From a virus (lineage: Duplodnaviria; Caudoviricetes), in the IMG/VR virus record IMGVR_UViG_3300025417_000028, positions 1 to 53,651 of that record: DNA of 53,651 nucleotides. One strand, written 5' to 3'. The position numbers and the translations under genes were made by a program. Below the pieces are notes generated by a model. It was given only the letters and a program-made list of their open reading frames with translations, was not told the DNA's origin and ran no database searches. Below, piece by piece: positions 46,946-53,651 of the stretch (within the stretch, counting starts at the first letter, position 1; the number at the start of each line of letters is the position of its first letter).

Positions 46946-49900
46946 TACGACCGTAACGCAAAACGAATAATTTGTAGTACCAGTTGTATTTGTTAGTGCA
47001 AACGGTATTTGATATATACCTGGCGTAGAAATTCCTAAAGATTGAAACGTAATATTTGTTTGATCTATCACAGCAGTTAATACATTCGAACCAAGCAAAT
47101 CGACTGCAGAATCTGCAGAGAAATACAATACAGGTACCGTACGAGAAAAGCTTGTATTTGCAGAAACACCAATTGTAAGATTGTCGTTTGCGTCTACAAT
47201 TAACGGCGAAGAATTAGGCGAATTGTATCCTCTTGTATTTGTATAAACATCTATATTTTGTATTGTTGGTAAATCCCAATTTGTAATTTCAATATTAACA
47301 AAGAAAGGTTCGTTTGTAAACGATCTAATACCAGTGTACGTTGCTAGATACGTTTTGAGTTCTTTATTATATGTAAGTGTACCGTTAGTAACATTATTAC
47401 CCAATGCCGCAAATGCATTGTTCATGTTAGCAACATCAGCTGAAAGTAAAGGAAAAATTTGTGTAAATTCTAATGTATTAAGATCCAACTTAAACAATGT
47501 AGGATTAAAAGTAACATCTGTTATGTTGGTCATAAGAACGATTAATTGTTTTTGTTGTGGTAAAAACCAAGTTTGTTCAAAACGATTGGTATTGCTTAAA
47601 ATGTTTGAACTCGGAAATCCGAAGAAGCCTCTCGTATTATCAAACAACGCATTTATCTCGCTAGTTGCATAATCATAACCTATTTTGGTAAACAAAAGAA
47701 CACTTGGAGTGTGAATCATTAGAACATCCGAAAAACAATCAACGTCTAAAACATTATCTGTAAGTTCGGAATATAAGGAAGAGTCGACAAAACTATAAAC
47801 GCTTGAAAGAGAAATATAACCTGGCTGCACAAGTCCGTTATTGTTTCGAGTCCAGAGTTGACCTGGTGTAGTTAATCTGTCAGCAATAGATAGACCAGCT
47901 AGATTTTTGTATACACCATACTGATTACCATGAATATCTGTTACCCAGCTATCCATTGTATTTCCACTTTGTTTTAATTCTTGAGATTCAGTCCAAGCAG
48001 ATAAATTAAGAACTCCAGTAAAGCTCTGAGGTTTATTATTCAAATCTGTCCAGATATCAGATTCAGGTCCTCCCCAAGGAGTTATTCTGCTTTGAGAATT
48101 AACTAAACCAACCAAGTTTTCAGCACCGTTTGGCTGATAAGGTACAAACACCTGATTTGTTTTAGTAAGAGATTTTTTAACTAGACCAGCTAGAGCTCCA
48201 GCAGTAGCTGGTTCTTTTAACCATAAGTTATTCTCTGACCATGAATATACTGAAGGTTGATCTTGTTTAGTTAGACCTCTCCCGCCAATATGCTTGGAAG
48301 TATCTTCAACTACATACGCATTACCTGCAGACAAACCATCAGTTTGAAGAGTGACTGCATAGTTAGCATTTATAAACTGCGAAGCTCCTAAATTTTGCGG
48401 CAAGAAATACCCTCCTACATCTTGAGTTGAATACAGTTTCTCAAGTGTAGGTACAGTAGCAATCGTTGTGTAAAATCTATTTGAGAGATTTGAGCTTGAA
48501 GCTTGAGATTGATAATATAAAGATGAAATGGCTGCAACACTCGTTATTGCTGAAAGTGAAGAAACACTCCACGTAAAGTTATTAATAGCATAATAATTCA
48601 TGCTTACAGGAGTTCCGTCCATATTATTTGTTAAAACAATATCAGAAGGACTTGTAGTAGCGAATGTAAGAGTCTTACGGAAATATTCTGGATGTTCAGA
48701 ATCGTATACTGAAGATAAATTAGATGTGCCCGTTTCAGAACTTAAAACGCACCATTGAGATGTGCCATTAAACGTTTTAAAAGTAAATGGTTGAGTCCAC
48801 CAAATAGAAGGTCCTTTACGTTCATACTCAATTACCGCATTGTATGTTAAAGATAATGGAGATAATCTTGGAATATGTCTAGGAATATAATCGTCAACGT
48901 ATTCGTTTGAAGTTCCTGATGCAAGAACGCCTTTAAAGTTTGTGTTTGCATCTTTGTCATTAAACACTTGAGCCCAGAATGGTCTTGCACCAGCACTTAC
49001 ATCGTATGGGTGAGACTGTACGCTGTTAGTTGCATAACTCCATCCTTTTAAAGGTTCTTCTATCAAGAATCCTGCAGCTGGATATCCAAACGAAACATTT
49101 GTATTTGCATAATACGTACCCGGAACCGCAGTAAGATCTGGAATTATAGTTGGAATACCATTTCCTTTATTTGGTGAAGATTGACCGTAAATACAAAGAC
49201 GTTCTCCAGTTCCAGTTTGTGCTGTTACTTCAATATAATACGTTCCAGTAATAGATGGTGTGAATGTAATAGAATTCTGATTATAGAATGCTTGTGTAGC
49301 TGATGTTTGAGCATTGACAATATTCCATCTTAATACTCCTCCTACTCCTACGTTATTTGCATTTGGAGTAAATGTAGGATTAGGTGTTGGGGTATTAGTA
49401 GAATATACAGTTGGCGTATTTGTTTGTATAATTGAAGGTATAGTATAGTATATTATAATTCCACCACCAGAACCATCGGATCCGTCTGTATACGAACCAC
49501 CAACAGCATCTGCTCCAGCTCCTCCTTGACCAATTCCGTCAGTTGTAAACGGATACGTAGCTGTTGGAGTTGTACCTCCTTGTCCACCGTATATTGGAAA
49601 CAAAACAGATGGATTGATTGATGTACCACTTTGACCAGACTGAGAACCATCTCCGTTTAATCCTCCTGCACCTGCATTGCCAATAAGTGCTCCCTTAACT
49701 GTCGACGAAGCTGAAACCCAAGCTCCTCCACCTCCAATACCTCCTGCAGCTGTATAAGTTCCACTCTTTGCAATTAAAGTAGTTGGTTTACCGTTTACAC
49801 CGTTTGACGATTTAGTAATATTATTGGCTACAGTTGTACTAGAATATGGAGTATTACTACTACCAACACCACCTGCTCCGATAGTAAACTTTATCGTCTC

Positions 49901-52852
49901 TCCAGGAGTAACTGGAATGTTTCCTTGCTTTAATTGACCAGCACCGCCACCACCGCCAGTTCCACCATAAAACTCAGAAGTACAAACGCCTGAACCGCCA
50001 CCACCACCACCACCAACTATTTCAAAATATATGCTAGTTACATGTGGAGGTACGACAAAGTAAGATATTGCATTTCCAGGAGAATACGGAAATTCTGCTG
50101 AAAGTGTTTGAGCATTAGAAATAACTGTAGTTGGATATGGTGTTGTAGTAGGAACGGATGCATTAACCGGAAAGTAAGTAGGCAAATATGGATAATCTGA
50201 TGCACTCACGTTCGTTATTGTAGTAGCTAGAAGATCTACAAGCGTGATAGGAGGATACTGATTGTTTGGTGTATTATCTGCTTGGTCTGGCCAAGTTATT
50301 ACAGTTTGATTAAGAAGAGAATTATCACTTAAAGCAATCGAATCGTACGTTGCCCATATACTTCCTTGATTTGTCGAATTGATAGGAAATGGTTGAGCTG
50401 ATACATAAAAATTTGTTGTACTTACTTGTTTGCTAAAAGTAATAAAATCTCCTGGATTTAAATTAAACTGAGAAGGAACGTCTGTAGAAACCCAAGCAGA
50501 CTTAGCAGCATTATAACGAGCTCCAATCCACGTTGTATTATTAGTATTAAATTTATTTAAAACAACATACGGAGGAAAGTTTGTATTGGTCAATCTAGCA
50601 TTTGTTCTTCCATAAAAGTAACTCTGACCGCTACGTAGTACCATTGTCGAAGCGTTTGGTGTATATGAAGTTTGTTTGGTTACAGGATCGGTTTTAGCAG
50701 TAGGTGTTAACGAAGTCCACTGTCCGTATCCCCACGTTGTGCTTAAGCTGTTGTTTATAGTACTATACCATGCAAACGAAGGAGATGTGGTAATACCATT
50801 TTCATTTGCATCTTTCCACGAACCAAGATCAAATGATCCTAAGTCGTTTAATACATCTAAAGCTATAAAGTCTGCTTGAGCGTTGAAGTCTGTAAAATTA
50901 ATTCCAGGATGACCAAATGGAGAATAGTGCGTTTGTTTACAAGTACATTGTGTCCAATCAAGTGTATATGTACTAGCAAGAGGACAATCTTGTTGATGGT
51001 TAATATATGTGAATACACTCGAAAGCGGAGTATTATCACTACCAGTCCAAACAAATCTTGTTATAGTTCCTGCAGACAAATGCATGGTAAGACCATCTTG
51101 TGCAACATAATTGTAAGATGGAGAACTAATAACCCCTCCAGATAGCCATGCACATTCTAAAGCTTTAGAAGTATCGTCAGTAAAATATCTTAGTTTATAA
51201 ATTTTATCAGCATAGTCTATTGACGAACCAGCTATAAAAAACGAAGTGTTTATATCTTGAAGAGGAGTTGATTTACATATTCCTGTAAAGTTAAAATTTT
51301 GTACAGCACTAGATAGCGTTGTTGACGTTGTATCTAAGATATCATATGGCCATAATATAACTGTAGGGTTAACTATCGAAACAGGAATAGCAGTTTTTGT
51401 AAAAGCATATAACCAAGCTCCACTTAACGTTCCGTGTGGATTGTTAGTATTAAATGAAGAATCTCTTGTTCTGAGATATATTTTATCAGCTAATGAAAAG
51501 TTTTTACTTGGAGTGGCTCCAGAGTCTGCTAATGTTGTATTATTAAGCAAAACATCTAAACACGAATGAGCAGATAAACTACTTGACCAATAACTCTGAA
51601 GAACAGATGCTTTGAGAGCTGGTGTAAGATAAGGAAACTCTTCGCTGTAAGAAACGCTGGCTCCAGTCCACGGAGCATCTTGAGCTGATAAGCCATAACC
51701 TGGATAAGGAAATATAAAAGTAGTTATATCGTTGTGAGCTATATGAGATGACATTACTGCGGTACTATCATAATCGTAATCAATATATCTATACCAAGCT
51801 CCTTTAGTAACGTTTCCGGATTTAACAAAAATGCTATCTGATGAACTTAAAGTTGTACCAGATGAAGCGCCAGCAAATGTTATTGAACTTAGAGCAACCG
51901 GAGCTAATAAACCACCAATTGAATAAGATGGATTAACAACACCTGATGGAAAGTAAAATGAATTATCTCCAGCAGATACTGTAAAATTACTAACATAATA
52001 AGACGTTAAAGCGTTTTGTAATGTTACAGTATATTTGTCTTCTCCTAAGAACTCTTGAATAAAACTACCGTAAAGATTTACATCGGATTGTTCAAAAACA
52101 TTTCCTGTTAATCTATTAACAAAAGAATTTATGTCAGCAGAAAGAGGAAAGTCGAAGGATTTGAAAATCCACTCGTCTGATGACAATACAAGACCTTTTG
52201 TCTGAAAAAAGCTAGTTGTAGCTTGATCAAGAACATTTACATAACTTGATAACGGAGCAGTAGGAGATCTATCAAAGTATTGGTTGTCATCATACAATTC
52301 GTCAACAGTAACAACTAGTGATTGTTGTATCTCAGGAAATGTCGGAAACGCACTTAACAGTTGAGGAACAAATTCTTTTTTAGAAGGAGCTAGTGCATTT
52401 AAAAGGTAAGAACAGATTTCATGCTCAAGAGCAGTCTTAGTTCCAACTCTATTGTATTTTAATTTTGTATACTTGAGTCTTTTACGTAAATCTAAATAAT
52501 AAATTGCAACATCTCTCAGTTTTTTTGCAAAATACGGAATAGCAAGCAGTAACTCTCTTTCATCCGAAAAGTTAATTTGATTATACCAATTGTTTTTTTC
52601 GTCTTCTGTAAAGAACGTTTGAAGTTGTTGTAAAAGATATAGATACTTTTGTCTAAGAAGAAATTTTTGAGATACTGGTTGATTTTGATGCGTGTTAAAC
52701 CAATTTAAAATGTATTGATTGTAGTGGAAAGATAAATCCGTATCAGGAATAGACTGAACCTGCTGTTTCCACTCTAAAAACGATAAAGGAGAATTTAAAC
52801 TATCAACAGGTATGCTAATTTTGGCTGCATTTTTGAGAAGTACGTTTTCCAC
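46940..52852 (-). CDS. very large virion structural protein with an internal glycine-rich domain
   Basis: 1970 aa, Ser/Thr-rich; VPPHVTSIYFEIVGGGGGGG...GGGIIIYY domain at about 49445-50070; TAAGTA 6 nt before GTG. Confidence 0.75.
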   Translation of the reverse strand: MENVLLKNAAKISIPVDSLNSPLSFLEWKQQVQSIPDTDLSFHYNQYILNWFNTHQNQPVSQKFLLRQKYLYLLQQLQTFFTEDEKNNWYNQINFSDERELLLAIPYFAKKLRDVAIYYLDLRKRLKYTKLKYNRVGTKTALEHEICSYLLNALAPSKKEFVPQLLSAFPTFPEIQQSLVVTVDELYDDNQYFDRSPTAPLSSYVNVLDQATTSFFQTKGLVLSSDEWIFKSFDFPLSADINSFVNRLTGNVFEQSDVNLYGSFIQEFLGEDKYTVTLQNALTSYYVSNFTVSAGDNSFYFPSGVVNPSYSIGGLLAPVALSSITFAGASSGTTLSSSDSIFVKSGNVTKGAWYRYIDYDYDSTAVMSSHIAHNDITTFIFPYPGYGLSAQDAPWTGASVSYSEEFPYLTPALKASVLQSYWSSSLSAHSCLDVLLNNTTLADSGATPSKNFSLADKIYLRTRDSSFNTNNPHGTLSGAWLYAFTKTAIPVSIVNPTVILWPYDILDTTSTTLSSAVQNFNFTGICKSTPLQDINTSFFIAGSSIDYADKIYKLRYFTDDTSKALECAWLSGGVISSPSYNYVAQDGLTMHLSAGTITRFVWTGSDNTPLSSVFTYINHQQDCPLASTYTLDWTQCTCKQTHYSPFGHPGINFTDFNAQADFIALDVLNDLGSFDLGSWKDANENGITTSPSFAWYSTINNSLSTTWGYGQWTSLTPTAKTDPVTKQTSYTPNASTMVLRSGQSYFYGRTNARLTNTNFPPYVVLNKFNTNNTTWIGARYNAAKSAWVSTDVPSQFNLNPGDFITFSKQVSTTNFYVSAQPFPINSTNQGSIWATYDSIALSDNSLLNQTVITWPDQADNTPNNQYPPITLVDLLATTITNVSASDYPYLPTYFPVNASVPTTTPYPTTVISNAQTLSAEFPYSPGNAISYFVVPPHVTSIYFEIVGGGGGGGSGVCTSEFYGGTGGGGGAGQLKQGNIPVTPGETIKFTIGAGGVGSSNTPYSSTTVANNITKSSNGVNGKPTTLIAKSGTYTAAGGIGGGGAWVSASSTVKGALIGNAGAGGLNGDGSQSGQSGTSINPSVLFPIYGGQGGTTPTATYPFTTDGIGQGGAGADAVGGSYTDGSDGSGGGIIIYYTIPSIIQTNTPTVYSTNTPTPNPTFTPNANNVGVGGVLRWNIVNAQTSATQAFYNQNSITFTPSITGTYYIEVTAQTGTGERLCIYGQSSPNKGNGIPTIIPDLTAVPGTYYANTNVSFGYPAAGFLIEEPLKGWSYATNSVQSHPYDVSAGARPFWAQVFNDKDANTNFKGVLASGTSNEYVDDYIPRHIPRLSPLSLTYNAVIEYERKGPSIWWTQPFTFKTFNGTSQWCVLSSETGTSNLSSVYDSEHPEYFRKTLTFATTSPSDIVLTNNMDGTPVSMNYYAINNFTWSVSSLSAITSVAAISSLYYQSQASSSNLSNRFYTTIATVPTLEKLYSTQDVGGYFLPQNLGASQFINANYAVTLQTDGLSAGNAYVVEDTSKHIGGRGLTKQDQPSVYSWSENNLWLKEPATAGALAGLVKKSLTKTNQVFVPYQPNGAENLVGLVNSQSRITPWGGPESDIWTDLNNKPQSFTGVLNLSAWTESQELKQSGNTMDSWVTDIHGNQYGVYKNLAGLSIADRLTTPGQLWTRNNNGLVQPGYISLSSVYSFVDSSLYSELTDNVLDVDCFSDVLMIHTPSVLLFTKIGYDYATSEINALFDNTRGFFGFPSSNILSNTNRFEQTWFLPQQKQLIVLMTNITDVTFNPTLFKLDLNTLEFTQIFPLLSADVANMNNAFAALGNNVTNGTLTYNKELKTYLATYTGIRSFTNEPFFVNIEITNWDLPTIQNIDVYTNTRGYNSPNSSPLIVDANDNLTIGVSANTSFSRTVPVLYFSADSAVDLLGSNVLTAVIDQTNITFQSLGISTPGIYQIPFALTNTTGTTNYSFCVTVVS

Positions 52853-52903
52853 TGTAAATACTTATATCCAACCTTCAAAAATGAAACTAATTACAAGTTG
52901 AAT

Positions 52904-53651
52904 TTAGCTAATTAAATAACCATTAACTATAATTATACCACTAAGACTAGTATATCCTGTATTATTACCTGCTGTTGTTATTTTAGCTTTTACTATATCA
53001 GTACTTACCGTTTGAAGACCACCAAATGTGGTTTGCAGATCAGTAGAATTTGTTACATATGTATTTCCACTTCCTCTGAATGGCATCGATCCTGCCAAGT
53101 GAGAACCTGTAGAGTTTGTAATATCTATTAAAGGCATAGTTGCTCCGGCAGACCAAGCTCCAGCAGCATTTGTTATGTATATTGACCAAGTAGAAGCAAC
53201 AAATGTATATCCAGCAGGAACATCATATAATTTTATAAACGAATTAATTGCTCCTAAGAAATTAAAAGTTGAGGATTTTATACAAACCGGAACTATACCA
53301 GACGTATTTCCGATTGTATATAATGGACCAGTCATTGTTCCACCACTAAGTGGCAAATACGAAGTTATATTACTTGCAGCTATACCAGTTAATTTTGATC
53401 CGTCTCCGTAGAAAGATCCACTTAATGCAGGAGCACTTATTGAAGATGTTATAGATAAATTAGCCGATAAAGCTGAATTAGAGATATTAGTAAGATTTCT
53501 TCCATCTCCATAGAACCAACCACTTAAGGAAGGAGCACTTATAGAGCTTGTAATAGATAAATTAGCAGATAGAGCTGAATTAGAGATATTAGTGAGTTTA
53601 GATCCGTCTCCGTAGAAAGATCCACTTAATGCAGGAGCACTTATTGAAGAT
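52904..53651 (-). CDS. tail-fibre-like protein, 5'-partial
   Basis: frame open from 53650; FYGDGSxLT repeats and YLPLSGGTMTG fibre motif. Confidence 0.8.
   Translation of the reverse strand, partial: SSISAPALSGSFYGDGSKLTNISNSALSANLSITSSISAPSLSGWFYGDGRNLTNISNSALSANLSITSSISAPALSGSFYGDGSKLTGIAASNITSYLPLSGGTMTGPLYTIGNTSGIVPVCIKSSTFNFLGAINSFIKLYDVPAGYTFVASTWSIYITNAAGAWSAGATMPLIDITNSTGSHLAGSMPFRGSGNTYVTNSTDLQTTFGGLQTVSTDIVKAKITTAGNNTGYTSLSGIIIVNGYLIS
53397..53651 (-). repeat. 102-nt (34-aa) tandem repeat
   Basis: 53397-53447 is identical to 53601-53651; the middle copy is diverged. Confidence 0.9.

Noticed and set aside
1-53651. Alternative genetic code (stop reassignment)
   Set aside because: Conserved genes are full length and densely packed under the standard code; TAA, TAG and TGA all end genes.
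52904-53651. Diversity-generating retroelement template/variable repeat pair
   Set aside because: Repeats are tandem in-frame units, differences are not adenine-specific, and no reverse transcriptase is in the window.

Overview
AT-rich segment of a large T4-like (contractile-tailed, myovirus-type) bacteriophage genome read in the standard genetic code. From left to right: (1-5450, minus strand) an early region with an array of small genes, each preceded by a near-identical ~29-bp sigma70 promoter repeat, plus an ADP-ribosyltransferase-fold gene, tRNA-Ile2(CAU) and a RadA/Sms-like ATPase; (5490-16200, plus) tail-tube/baseplate/tape-measure genes; then a clamp loader, a dUTPase-family gene, a terminase-small-subunit-like gene and a 21-aa-repeat fibre; (22650-33050, minus) an accessory block with glycosyltransferase, CapK/PaaK-like ligase, Gly-rich fibre, Cys-rich LamG protein, methyltransferase, HiPIP-like protein and nucleotidyltransferase; hsp20; a class Id-like RNR pair, each gene followed by a free-standing homing endonuclease; and (38900-end) baseplate wedge, neck and very large virion proteins. 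Most notable signals: the promoter-repeat cassette array; near-universal leaderless gene starts (hexamer 5-7 nt before ATG/GTG); an hsp20 mRNA with a ROSE-like thermometer plus complementary 5' and 3' ends; late-expressed enzymes (including a signal-less HiPIP) with T4 internal-protein-like N-termini; and a pervasive (L/V/I)-(S/T)-(A/G/S) tripeptide in virion proteins beside glycan-modifying genes. All protein calls come from motif recognition by eye; no database searches were run.
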